NCBI GenBank assembly: GCA_965221775.1
Contig: CBDCSU010000006.1
Span: 1,888,001 to 1,952,000, forward strand
Reading direction: 5' to 3'
DNA: 64,000 nt
Source: Candidatus Latescibacterota bacterium
GTDB lineage: Bacteria; Latescibacterota; UBA2968; UBA8231
This document shows positions 19,623 through 28,698 of this stretch, piece after piece (within the stretch, counting starts at the first letter, position 1; each line of letters opens with the position of its first letter). The position numbers and the translations under genes are program-made. The notes below the pieces were generated by a model. That model did no database searches. It was not told the DNA's origin and saw nothing but the letters and a program-made list of their open reading frames with translations.

Positions 19623-20654
19623 ATGAACTCACCGGACGGCGGCCCCGTGAACGTCACCCTGCGCCGCCGGCTCATCTACTTCTTCCCGCTGCCCGTCCTC
19701 TTCGGGTCCCTGCTCCTCGGGCCCTCGGCGAGCGCCGAGGCGGGTAAGATCCTCGCCTGGCTCTGGGGTCTGGCCTTCGGCGAGGGGGCCGCCGCCGGCG
19801 AGGAGTCGCTGGTGGGCATGATCGTCCTGGACGTGCGGCTGCCGCGCATCCTCCTCACCTTCCTCGTGGGCGGGTCCCTGGCGGCGGCCGGCAACGCCCT
19901 GCAGGCGCTGTTCCGCAACCCCCTCGTGGCCCCCTACATCCTCGGCCTCTCCTCGGGGGCCGCCTTCGGCGCCGCCCTGGCCCTGACCCTGCCGCTGCTG
20001 CCGGTGCAGCCGACGGCCTTCGCCTTCGCCCTTCTCGCCGTCGGCCTCGCCTACTTCCTGGCCCGCACCCGCAAGACCGTGTCGGTGGTCTCCCTGATCC
20101 TGTCGGGGGTGATCGTCACCGGCATCTTCACCGCCCTGCTGACGATCGTGCAGTTCCTCACCGACCCCTACAAGCTGCAGACGATCGTCCACTGGACCAT
20201 GGGCAACCTGCACAACTCGAGCTGGGCCAAGCTGCGCTCGGCGGCCCCCGGTGTGACCGTCGGCGTGGTCTGGCTCTTCCTGTTCCGCTGGCGCATGAAC
20301 GTGCTGGCCCAGGGCGACGAGGAGGCCCGGGCCGTGGGTCTCAACCCCGAACGCGAGCGGGTGCTGATCCTGGTGCCGGCCACCCTGGCCGCGTCGGCGG
20401 CGATCGCCGTGGCCGGGGTCATCGGCATGATCGGCCTGGCGGTCCCGCACATGGTGCGCATGCTGCTGGGGCCGGACAACCGCCACACCCTGCCGGCCTC
20501 CTTCGCCTTCGGCGGGGCTTTCCTGCTGCTGGTCGACACCGTTTCGCGGACGCTGGCCGCCTTCGAGATCCCGGTGGGGGTCTTCACCACCCTTCTCGGC
20601 GGGCCGTTCTTCATCTTCCTCCTCAAGAAGGCGCGGATCGGATGGGAGAGCTAG
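19623..20654 (+). CDS. FecCD/BtuC-family ABC transporter permease
   Basis: RLPRI, FRNPL..ILGLSSGA, GVIGMIGLAVPHMVR, EIPVG. Confidence 0.92.
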   Translation: MNSPDGGPVNVTLRRRLIYFFPLPVLFGSLLLGPSASAEAGKILAWLWGLAFGEGAAAGEESLVGMIVLDVRLPRILLTFLVGGSLAAAGNALQALFRNPLVAPYILGLSSGAAFGAALALTLPLLPVQPTAFAFALLAVGLAYFLARTRKTVSVVSLILSGVIVTGIFTALLTIVQFLTDPYKLQTIVHWTMGNLHNSSWAKLRSAAPGVTVGVVWLFLFRWRMNVLAQGDEEARAVGLNPERERVLILVPATLAASAAIAVAGVIGMIGLAVPHMVRMLLGPDNRHTLPASFAFGGAFLLLVDTVSRTLAAFEIPVGVFTTLLGGPFFIFLLKKARIGWES

Positions 20655-21415
20655 CGCCGGCGATCCAGATCGAGGGGCTCTCCTTCGCCTACGAGGGACG
20701 GCCGATCCTCAACGGCGTCTCCGTGGAGGTCCCCGAGGGCGAGTTCACCGTTCTCCTCGGCAAGAACGGCAGCGGCAAGTCGACGCTCATGCGCATCGTC
20801 GGCGGCATGCTCGAGTTCGAGAGCGGCGAGGTGCGGATCATGGGGGAGGAGCTGCTCTCCTTCTCGAGCCGGGGGCGGGCCAAGGTCCTCGGCTACCTGC
20901 CCCAGCACCACCGGCCGGTCTTCCCCTTCGCCGTGGAGGACGTGGTGCTCACCGGGCGCGCCAGCTACGTGAGCTACGCGCCCAAGAAGGAGGACCTGGA
21001 GATCGCCGTCGACGCCCTGGCGCGAGTCGGCATCCTGCACCTCAGGGAGCGCCCCTACACCGAGCTGTCGGGGGGCGAGCAGCAGATGGTGCGCATCGCC
21101 CGCGTCCTGGCCCAGCAGCCGAGGGTCATCCTCCTCGACGAGCCGACCTCCCATCTCGACTTCCTCAACTCGGCCCACCTCCTGCGCCTGATCCGCGAGC
21201 TGGTGGACACGGGCCTCACGGTCCTCGCCGTCCTCCACGACCCGAACAGCGCCTTCCTCTACGGCGACCACTTCATCTTTCTGAAGGACGGCGTGGTGGA
21301 GCGACTGCCGGCGGCCGAGCGCCCCTGGGACCGGGAGTTCCTCGAGCGCATCTACGACACCGGCATGGACTCGATCCCCTACGGCGACCGCGCCCTGGTG
21401 GTGCCCAAGGGCTGA
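20642..21415 (+). CDS. Iron-chelate/cobalamin ABC transporter ATP-binding protein
   Basis: GKNGSGKST, LSGGEQQ, LLDEPTSHLD, LHD. Confidence 0.92.
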   Translation: MGELAPAIQIEGLSFAYEGRPILNGVSVEVPEGEFTVLLGKNGSGKSTLMRIVGGMLEFESGEVRIMGEELLSFSSRGRAKVLGYLPQHHRPVFPFAVEDVVLTGRASYVSYAPKKEDLEIAVDALARVGILHLRERPYTELSGGEQQMVRIARVLAQQPRVILLDEPTSHLDFLNSAHLLRLIRELVDTGLTVLAVLHDPNSAFLYGDHFIFLKDGVVERLPAAERPWDREFLERIYDTGMDSIPYGDRALVVPKG

Positions 21416-21417
21416 GC

Positions 21418-24165
21418 CTAGCGCAGCAGCAGCATCCGCCGTGTGCGCTCGCGGTCGCCGGCCTGCAGCCGCACGAGGTAGACCCCCGTAGCCGCCGGCT
21501 GTCCGTCCTCGTCCCGCCCGTCCCAGCGGACGCGGTGAGCGCCGGCCCGCCGGTTGTCCCGAACCAGCCGGCGCACCTCCTGGCCCACCAGGTTCACCAC
21601 CGCCAGACGCACCGGGCCCGCCTCCGCCAGCTCGAAGGGGATCACCGTGCCGCCGTTGAAGGGGTTCGGGTGGTTGGCGTGCAGGGCGAACCTGGTGGGC
21701 AGAGACGGGCCCGGAGGGGCCGCCGCCAGCCGCGCCGGGATGCGGCCGTCGTTGAAGAGGATGCGGGACACCGAGGCCCCGCCGCCCAGGCCCGCTCCTC
21801 CCAGCGGGCGGAGGCGGAAGAGCTCTCCGGGGCCTCGGGCCGACCTTGCGCCGGCCAGGACGACGCGCAGGCCATGGGGGTCTCCAACCCCGGGGGCCGC
21901 CTCCGAGGCGAGCAGGAACCCCGGAAGGTCAGGGGCCGGCTCGAGTCGGGCCTCCACCTCTTCCTGCCATTGCACCAGAACGTCTCCCGAGACGATCCCG
22001 GAGCGCTCGTCCAGCCACAGGGCCAGGTGGTCGCCGCGGTGACGCAGCTCCAGCTGGCGTTCCACCGCCAGGGGGCGCCCGGCCGCGGAACTCGACTCCG
22101 CAGGGGGATCCGGCGTGGGCGGGGGGTGGTTGACGGCCACCGGCTCCTGCACCGGAAAGCGGCTCAGCAGGCCGACCCGTTGCTGCAGGACGAGGGCGGC
22201 GTCGAAGGGAGTGATGGCGCCGAATGGAGCGAGGGAGTCGACGTTGGCGGCGAGGGAGTCGCGCTCCGTCAGCAGGGGACCGAGCACGTGGTTGAGGATG
22301 CGGGAGGCGTCATAGGCTTGCAGCCGGGCGTTGGCGTCGGCGTCGCCGAAGAGGCCGAGGACGTAGGTGGTGTCGGCGACGACGGTCTCCCCGCCCGCGG
22401 TGGTATGGAGGTCCTGGTAGGTCTGCCGGAGGGTGTCGCCCCCGGCGACCGGGAGGTGGGGGCCGCCGCTCTCGGCAGCGGTCACCAGGTGGCCGAAGAA
22501 CACGCTGTCGCTCAGATCGGTCTCCACGAGGGGTACGGACCGGGTCTCGGTGCCGATGGCGGTGGTGACGGAGGCGGTGTCCACGGCGCCGGGCCGCTGG
22601 TTGACGTCGGCGTCGATCAGCCTCATCCACAGGGTGTCCCCCGGCTCGGCGACGACGGTGGCGTCCAGCCGGCCGTCGTGGGCGGGCACGGTCAGCAGCG
22701 AGCAGCGGCGGGTGGTGGCGCCGGCCGCGTCGAGGGAGTCGTCGAAGCAGAGCTGCAGCAGGTGGCCGGGCAGGGTCTTGATGGAGTCGCCGCCGAAGAG
22801 GGTCTCCTCCGTCGCGTCGGGGTCCCTGTAGAGGATGGCCACGCGGCTGGCGAAGGTCCCCGAGGAGGGGGCGGTCTCGACCGCCTTCAGGGTATCGGCC
22901 TTCCCGATCTCCTTGGCGGCGGGACCCTGTCCGAGGGTGACGGCGAGGGTGTCCGGCGTCTCCGGATCGCGGTCCACGTCGGGGTCGGTGATGGCGATGT
23001 GCAGGGAGTCGTGCATGACGATCCGGGAGGGGGTGGTGACCAGCCGGGCATCGGAACCGACGAGAGTGACGGCGCCGTCCTCCGTGCCGGCGGGCAGTCC
23101 GCCGTCGTTGAGGGCGAGGTGCTCGATGGTCATGTCCGTGGTGGCGGGGCGGCGCAGGTCGGCGACCACGAAGAGCGCCCGTACGAGGGTGCCGTCCTCG
23201 TCGACGGCGTCCGTATCGGTGGCCATGGCGATCCGCAGGGTGTCGACATCGGCGCCGTTGCCCTCCAGGGAGTTGCTGGCCAGTTGCCAGTGGCGGGAGT
23301 CGACGAGATCCGCGGGCTCCACGTCCACCGGAGACAGCAGACCGCCGTCGTAGGAGAGGAACACCTCGGTGGCCAGTACGCCGCCTTCGCCGGCATCGGT
23401 GAAGCGCACGGGGACCGCGAGGGTGTCTCCCCCGAAGGCGGTGGTGTCGGGCAGGGAGACGGTGAAGCCGGCCTCGCCTCCGGTTCCGACTCCCGTGGAA
23501 GGTCCGCTGCCGGGGGTGGGCACCTCGAGGAGGGAGAAGTCGGCGGCGTTGTCGCCGGTGTCGGTGCCGGCGGCGTCCCTGGACAGGCTCTGGCCGGCCG
23601 GCGTCGTGGGCGCCGGCGTTCCCTCCCCCGCGTTGTGTTCGCCGGCATCGCCGTACTGCAGGGCGTCGACGATTCTGTCGTTCTCGTCGAGGAGCTGCAC
23701 CGCGTCCGGGCCGTTCTGCCAGTCCACCGAGCCCTCCACGTCGCGCACCGCCGCCAGTTCGGCGTTGGCGCTGGCGGTGGCGACCACGAGGATCCCGTCC
23801 GCCGGGATGGCGGCGCCGCTGAGATCGACGCTGCGGTAGGAGGCCCCCGAGCCGCCGTTGATGCCGACGAGGGACCAGCCTTCCAGGGAAGTGCCCGCGG
23901 GGCCGGCGAGCTCGGTGAAGACGCCTGCGGCGTCGGTGCCGGCGGCGTCGTAGAGAAGCTCCTGGATCCGCACCTGGCCTTGTGCGGGGGAAGCGGAGAG
24001 GGCCGCCACGGCGGCCACCGCGGCGCCGACGACGAGACCCGCGGCCCCCGGAGGGCGGCGTGTCGGGCGATGGGCCGGCCGCCGGCGGAGGGGGGGCCGC
24101 GGGCGGCGGGGTCGGCGGCGGCTCCACATGCTGAAGTCGATGAGGGGGAGATGGGCGCGCGTCAT
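21418..24165 (-). CDS. Large secreted protein: lamin-tail domain + cohesin-like + Ig-like repeats + dockerin-like + FlgD sorting domain
   Basis: VRIQELLYDAAG..ELAGPAG..PTPG (LTD); VSLPDTTA..VPV..LSYD (cohesin-like); FGDADAN..YDASRIL..ITPFDAALVLQ (dockerin-like); LHANHPNPFN..WDGRDEDG..GVYLVRL. Confidence 0.7.
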   Translation of the reverse strand: MTRAHLPLIDFSMWSRRRPRRPRPPLRRRPAHRPTRRPPGAAGLVVGAAVAAVAALSASPAQGQVRIQELLYDAAGTDAAGVFTELAGPAGTSLEGWSLVGINGGSGASYRSVDLSGAAIPADGILVVATASANAELAAVRDVEGSVDWQNGPDAVQLLDENDRIVDALQYGDAGEHNAGEGTPAPTTPAGQSLSRDAAGTDTGDNAADFSLLEVPTPGSGPSTGVGTGGEAGFTVSLPDTTAFGGDTLAVPVRFTDAGEGGVLATEVFLSYDGGLLSPVDVEPADLVDSRHWQLASNSLEGNGADVDTLRIAMATDTDAVDEDGTLVRALFVVADLRRPATTDMTIEHLALNDGGLPAGTEDGAVTLVGSDARLVTTPSRIVMHDSLHIAITDPDVDRDPETPDTLAVTLGQGPAAKEIGKADTLKAVETAPSSGTFASRVAILYRDPDATEETLFGGDSIKTLPGHLLQLCFDDSLDAAGATTRRCSLLTVPAHDGRLDATVVAEPGDTLWMRLIDADVNQRPGAVDTASVTTAIGTETRSVPLVETDLSDSVFFGHLVTAAESGGPHLPVAGGDTLRQTYQDLHTTAGGETVVADTTYVLGLFGDADANARLQAYDASRILNHVLGPLLTERDSLAANVDSLAPFGAITPFDAALVLQQRVGLLSRFPVQEPVAVNHPPPTPDPPAESSSAAGRPLAVERQLELRHRGDHLALWLDERSGIVSGDVLVQWQEEVEARLEPAPDLPGFLLASEAAPGVGDPHGLRVVLAGARSARGPGELFRLRPLGGAGLGGGASVSRILFNDGRIPARLAAAPPGPSLPTRFALHANHPNPFNGGTVIPFELAEAGPVRLAVVNLVGQEVRRLVRDNRRAGAHRVRWDGRDEDGQPAATGVYLVRLQAGDRERTRRMLLLR

Positions 24166-24209
24166 TGGCACGGTCCTCCTTGGCCGCGAAGGTGTGGAGT
24201 ATGTGCCGA

Positions 24210-24225
24210 AGCAGCGGGCGTGCCA
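24210..24225 (-). promoter_or_regulatory. Candidate sigma-54 promoter of the LTD-cohesin-dockerin gene
   Basis: Minus strand TGGCAC-gcccg-CTGCT, about 30 nt upstream of the AAGGAGG RBS. Confidence 0.5.
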
Positions 24226-24431
24226 GGCCGCCGCCGTGTCGCCTGGCTGGCGCCAACCTCCTGCGGCGGCAGCAGATCGGCAGCCGAGGGGGCTGGCCCG
24301 GGCCGTGCCCGCGGAGGCCGGGTTGGGTGCCCTGGGTGACGGCCTTGTGACCTCCGGGCGACACGGCGGCGCTGCAAGTGCGCCTCCCCGGGGGCCGGGC
24401 GAGAGGCCACCGGCCATCGTCTTGCCTCCCG

Positions 24432-24460
24432 TTGCCGGCGGCCGGACGGGCTTCTATCCT
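24432..24460 (+). promoter_or_regulatory. Candidate sigma-70 promoter of the PhyH gene
   Basis: TTGCCG-N17-TATCCT. Confidence 0.4.
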
Positions 24461-24502
24461 GTCAGGCCGCCCAGCCGCGGCATTCAGCCCCCGGAGATCT
24501 CC

Positions 24503-25300
24503 ATGCCAGAAATCGAACCCTACCTGGACCGTCTCGCCGAGGACGGGTTCTGCGTGCTCGAAGAGGTGATCCCCGCCGGCGCCGTCGGCGAGGTCTGCGC
24601 CAGCCTGCAGGCCTCGGTGGAGGAGCACAAGCTCGACGACCCGCGCAGCTACGTGGACAAGGTCTCGGGCACGATCAACGTCGATCAGTCCTTCGCCCCC
24701 TACCTGGTCGAGCCCCGTCTGATGGGGGTGTGCAAGGCGCTCCTGGGCGAGCACGTGCGCGTGTCGTACACCACCTGCATGGTCACCTGGCCGGGAAATC
24801 CGCGCGGCGGCTGGCACGCCGACTGGCCCTTCAATCAGAACAACGCCGGCCACGTGCCGTCCCCCTACCCCGACGCCGTGATGCACCTGACGACGATCTG
24901 GATGCTAACGCCCTTCACCGCCGAGACCGGCACCCGGGTGGTGCCCGGGTCGCACCGGCGCGACGACAACCCCACGGGGGGCGTCGATGTCGATGCGGAC
25001 CGGCCCCATCCGGAGGAGATCTCGGTGGAGGGTGCGGCGGGATCGGTGCTGGTCATGGACAGCCGCCTGTGGCACGCCATCAGCCCCAACGAAACCGGCG
25101 AGCCGCGGGTGGCCATGCCGATCCGCTTCGCCCCCTGGTGGCTGAACCTGGACTCCCTCCGGCCCGAGTCCGACGAGCGTGACCGGCTCACGGCCGGGGG
25201 CCTGTCGGAAAACCGGGTGCCCTTGGTGCCGGCCGGGGTCTTCGCGGGGCTGCCGGAGGAGGTGAAGCCCCTCTTCCGGCACTGGGTGGACGGCTCGTAG
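24503..25300 (+). CDS. Phytanoyl-CoA dioxygenase (PhyH) family protein
   Basis: WHADWP, VVPGSH, DSRLWH..N..R; GGAG RBS. Confidence 0.88.
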   Translation: MPEIEPYLDRLAEDGFCVLEEVIPAGAVGEVCASLQASVEEHKLDDPRSYVDKVSGTINVDQSFAPYLVEPRLMGVCKALLGEHVRVSYTTCMVTWPGNPRGGWHADWPFNQNNAGHVPSPYPDAVMHLTTIWMLTPFTAETGTRVVPGSHRRDDNPTGGVDVDADRPHPEEISVEGAAGSVLVMDSRLWHAISPNETGEPRVAMPIRFAPWWLNLDSLRPESDERDRLTAGGLSENRVPLVPAGVFAGLPEEVKPLFRHWVDGS

Positions 25301-25321
25301 AGGCCGGGCGGCCTCAGCCCT

Positions 25322-26461
25322 TCAGTCCCACCAGGTCTCGCCTTCGGCGAGGTGGGCCCGCAGCAGCTCCTCGTTCAGTTCCACCCCGATCCCCGGACGG
25401 TCCGGCAGGGTGATGTGACCCCCCTCGACGACGGGGCCGCCCCAGTCGGCGGCGATGTCGTCCCACCAGGGGCAGTCGAGGCCGTGGTGCTCGAGGGCGA
25501 GGAAGTTGGGGGCGTTGGCGCAGACGTGGGCGGAGGCGACCGTGCCCACGGGGGTGCAGATGTTGTGGGGGGCGAAGCCGAGGTGGTGCTGCTCGCACAG
25601 CTCGGCCACCTTGCGGGCCTCCTGGATGCCGCCGAAGCGGGGGATGTCGGGGGTGATGATGTCGGCGGCCCGGCGCTCGATCATCGGCCGCAGTCCGTGG
25701 CTCATCCAGTGGTTCTCGCCGCAGGCGATCGGCACCGACGTGTGGTCGGTGACGTACTTCAGGGCGTCCAGGTCCTCGGGCGGCGTCGGGTCCTCGAGCC
25801 AGAGGATGTCGATGTCCTCCAGCCGGCGGGCCACCCTCAGGGCGTCGGCGGTCTGGTAGCACCAGTGCAGGTCGAGGCACAGCTCGGCGTGGTCGGGCAG
25901 GGCCTCGAACGCGGCGTGGCTCACGGCGCTCATGTAGTCGACCTCGCGCCGCGAGAGGGCGCGGTTGTAGGCGTCGGTGCGGTACTCCGGCGGCGCGCTG
26001 TTGTCGATGTCGACCTTGACCACCGAGTAGCCCGCCTCCACCCGCTCGAGGACGGCGTCCCCGTAGGCCTCGGGCGACCGGTCGCCGGGGCGGCCGGTGT
26101 CGGCGTAGATCCGCACCCGGTCGCGGTACTTGCCCCCGAGCAGCTGCCACAGGGGCAGCCCCGTGATCTTGCCGAGCAGGTCCCACAGGGCCAGCTCCAC
26201 CCCCGACAGGGCGAGGACGATGCTGCCGCCGGTGGACCCGGCGCCGGAGAGGGACCGGTAGATCCCCTGCGCCAGCGGGACCACCTGGCGCGGGTCCTGC
26301 CCGGCGATGATCGGCTCGATGCGCCGCAGGACGTCTTCCACGCCGATGGGCAGCTGCGCCTCGCCGATGCCGCAGACCCCCTCGTCGGTCTCCACCTTGA
26401 CCAGGGTCCAGGTCCAGGGCACCCCCTGGATCCGCATCGACTTGATTCCCGTGATCTTCAT
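25322..26461 (-). CDS. Mandelate racemase/muconate-lactonizing (enolase superfamily) enzyme
   Basis: VETDEG..GE, ALWDLLGK, KVD, DLH, WLEDP, GEN, PHN, LPDRPGIG. Confidence 0.92.
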   Translation of the reverse strand: MKITGIKSMRIQGVPWTWTLVKVETDEGVCGIGEAQLPIGVEDVLRRIEPIIAGQDPRQVVPLAQGIYRSLSGAGSTGGSIVLALSGVELALWDLLGKITGLPLWQLLGGKYRDRVRIYADTGRPGDRSPEAYGDAVLERVEAGYSVVKVDIDNSAPPEYRTDAYNRALSRREVDYMSAVSHAAFEALPDHAELCLDLHWCYQTADALRVARRLEDIDILWLEDPTPPEDLDALKYVTDHTSVPIACGENHWMSHGLRPMIERRAADIITPDIPRFGGIQEARKVAELCEQHHLGFAPHNICTPVGTVASAHVCANAPNFLALEHHGLDCPWWDDIAADWGGPVVEGGHITLPDRPGIGVELNEELLRAHLAEGETWWD

Positions 26462-26471
26462 GGCATAGCTC

Positions 26472-28010
26472 TCAGAAGGGGGTCCAGTTCGGGTCGCTGT
26501 CCCAGCCCGGGTGATCGGTGATCCGCTCCTCGGCGCCGCCCTCTACCGGGACGATGTAGATGTCGTATCCCACGTCGGCATCCCGGTCCTCGAGTCCGAA
26601 AGCGATGCGGGTGCCGTCGGGGGACCAGGTTGGGCTCCAGACCCGGGCCTCGGCGAAGGTCACCTGCCGGGCGCCGCTGCCGTCGGCGGCCATCACCCAA
26701 ACGTGGCTGGTGCGATTGAAGTTCTGCACGAAGGCGATCGAGGCGCCGTCGGGGGACCAGGAAGGGTCCGACACCCAATGGTCGCCGGAGAGGCGCCGGT
26801 CGGCGCCGCTGGCCAGGTCGATGCGGTAGATCGCCGGGGGCCGGGGGGCATCCCGCCAGCTGGTGTAGACGATGGAGAGGCCGTCGGGGGACCAGGCCGG
26901 ATCCCAGGCATCCACGGGATCGAAGGTCAGTTGCCGCACACCCGAGCCGTCGGCATTCATGATGAAGACATCGCTGTTGTAGTGGCCACTTCCCGGGGGC
27001 CTCTCCCGTTCACCGTGGCGATCCGAGGTGAAGGCGATTCGGCGCCCGTCGGGGGACCAGCAGGGGGCCCCGTCCGACGCCTCGTGGCGAGTGAGGTTCT
27101 CGGGCCGGCTGCCGTCGGCTCGCATGACGTAGATCTCGTTGTTGCCATCTCTGTAGGAAGAAAAGGCCACCCTCGACCCGTCGGGGGACCGGGCCGGTTG
27201 CCGGCCGTCGATCAGCCGCACCGTCACGGTTTCCGGCAGCGAGCCGTCCGCAAGCGGCGCCAGGGCCAGCTCGGCGGACAGATTCACCACTTCTCCCGTC
27301 TCCAGGTCCAGGGAGAACAGCTCGGGGTGGGCCTCGAACCCCGTGCCCCGCGTCGAGGAGAACAGCAACTGCGTCTCCTTCAAGGGTGGGACACTATCGT
27401 CATCGCTCGCGCCGGGCTCTCCCGGGGCCTCGAAGTCCACGGTCACGCCCCGCTCGCGCAACCCGTCCAGGAGCCCCGTCGTCTCCGCGCCGCTCAGAGG
27501 ATTCCCGGTCAGGCCCAGGCTCTGCAGGCTGTCCAGCCCCGCGAGGGCGGACACGTCCCGCACCGCGTTGTCCGCCAGCAGCAGCACCTGCAGCCGCTTG
27601 AGGGAGGCCAGCGGCGACACGTCCTCGATGCGGTTGCTCTCCAGATCGAGGAAGCGCAGCCGCTGGAGGCCGGCCAGGGAGGAGATGTCGGTGATCTCGT
27701 TGTGGGACAGGTCCAGGGCCTCGAGCCGGGTGAGCTGCTCGATGCCGCCGAGGTCGGCGATGCCCCGGTCCTCGGCGCTCAGGGAGACCACCTCGACGCC
27801 GGCCCCGGACTCGTCCACGGCCGCCTGCAACGCCGAATCGGCAAAGGCCAGGGTGACGGGACCTCCGGTCCGATCGGAGTCAGGGCCGCTGGGCCGGTCC
27901 GGCTCCGAGCCGCAGCCGGCAAGGGCCAGGGCGATCAGTGCCCCGGCGGCCGCCTTGCCGCGGACCCGGTCCCCGGGGTGATCCCCCGGCCTCTGTGCAC
28001 GCAGGGTCAT
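26472..28010 (-). CDS. Lipoprotein with internalin-type LRRs and TolB-like PD40 repeats
   Basis: LAGC lipobox; LxxLxLxxNxIxDISxL repeats; multiple WSPDG repeats. Confidence 0.85.
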   Translation of the reverse strand: MTLRAQRPGDHPGDRVRGKAAAGALIALALAGCGSEPDRPSGPDSDRTGGPVTLAFADSALQAAVDESGAGVEVVSLSAEDRGIADLGGIEQLTRLEALDLSHNEITDISSLAGLQRLRFLDLESNRIEDVSPLASLKRLQVLLLADNAVRDVSALAGLDSLQSLGLTGNPLSGAETTGLLDGLRERGVTVDFEAPGEPGASDDDSVPPLKETQLLFSSTRGTGFEAHPELFSLDLETGEVVNLSAELALAPLADGSLPETVTVRLIDGRQPARSPDGSRVAFSSYRDGNNEIYVMRADGSRPENLTRHEASDGAPCWSPDGRRIAFTSDRHGERERPPGSGHYNSDVFIMNADGSGVRQLTFDPVDAWDPAWSPDGLSIVYTSWRDAPRPPAIYRIDLASGADRRLSGDHWVSDPSWSPDGASIAFVQNFNRTSHVWVMAADGSGARQVTFAEARVWSPTWSPDGTRIAFGLEDRDADVGYDIYIVPVEGGAEERITDHPGWDSDPNWTPF

Positions 28011-28037
28011 GGGCTCAGACAGCAATGGGCCCCAACG

Positions 28038-28075
28038 CGACAAGCCCCCGGCGGTCGATCGTCGGGGGCTTGTCG
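28038..28075. terminator. Hairpin downstream of tRNA-Met
   Basis: Perfect 13-bp inverted repeat CGACAAGCCCCCG / CGGGGGCTTGTCG; no clear U-tract. Confidence 0.55.
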
Positions 28076-28087
28076 GCACTGGGCATC

Positions 28088-28164
28088 TGGTAGCGGCGCA
28101 GGGACTCGAACCCCGGACACTCGGATTATGATTCCGATGCTCTAACCAGCTGAGCTACGCCGCC
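28088..28164 (-). tRNA. tRNA-Met(CAT), elongator type
   Basis: GGCGGCG-TAGCTCAGCTGGTTAGAGC-A-TCGGA-AT-CAT-AA-TCCGA...GTTCGAGT..CGCCGCT-A-CCA; lacks the initiator features (no GGG/CCC anticodon stem). Confidence 0.93.
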
Positions 28165-28222
28165 ATCCGTTGGTGGCAGGAACAGATCGAATAAGCGGAC
28201 GGGGCTGAATCGCGGCAAGGGC

Positions 28223-28684
28223 TCACGGGAAGTAGCGCTCGAAGAGCTTGTAGGGCGCCTCGTCCATGCCCATGGAGGCGTAGGTCGCCTGGGCGCGGCC
28301 GTTCCCGCGCTCGACATAGAGCCGCAGGCCGCGCACGTCGCCGTCGGCCTCCGCCTTCTCGCGGACGTGCTCGAAGAGCCGCCGGAAGACGCCCCGCCGC
28401 CGGGCCGCCGCCTCGACGTAGACGCTCTGGATCCACCACAGCCAGCCGTCGCGCCAGTCCGACCACTCGAAGGTGATCAGCAGGCAGCCGACGACGCGGC
28501 CCTCCTGCTCGGCGACGGTGTAGAACCCGGCGGCCGGGTTGGCGAAGAGCCTGCCGAGGCCGCGGCGCACCGTCGCCGGGTCCAGCTCGTGATCCTCGGT
28601 CTCCCGGGCCAGACGGCAGTTGAAGTCGACCAGGGACTCCAGGTCTTCGGGGCGGGCGGCCCGCACGCGCAGGGATCCGTCCAC
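28223..28684 (-). CDS. GNAT family N-acetyltransferase
   Basis: EWSDWRDG..WIQSVYV..RRRGVF..LRLYVE..N..AQ.TY. Confidence 0.88.
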   Translation of the reverse strand: MDGSLRVRAARPEDLESLVDFNCRLARETEDHELDPATVRRGLGRLFANPAAGFYTVAEQEGRVVGCLLITFEWSDWRDGWLWWIQSVYVEAAARRRGVFRRLFEHVREKAEADGDVRGLRLYVERGNGRAQATYASMGMDEAPYKLFERYFP

Positions 28685-28698
28685 GGCTGGGGGCGAGC

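Noticed and set aside
21535-24339. 934-aa plus-strand ORF and other long antisense ORFs (e.g. 57447-60149, 3347-5374)
   Set aside because: Typical stop-poor shadows in high-GC DNA, opposite genes with clear motifs.
26620-27190. Recurring CCGTCGGGGGACCAG units resembling a spaced repeat array
   Set aside because: These are the WSPDG codons of PD40 repeats inside a CDS, not CRISPR. No CRISPR array or cas1/cas2 was seen in the window.
28088-28164. tRNA as integration site of the defence island
   Set aside because: I found no duplicated tRNA 3' end or integrase, and the island is 9-13 kb away.
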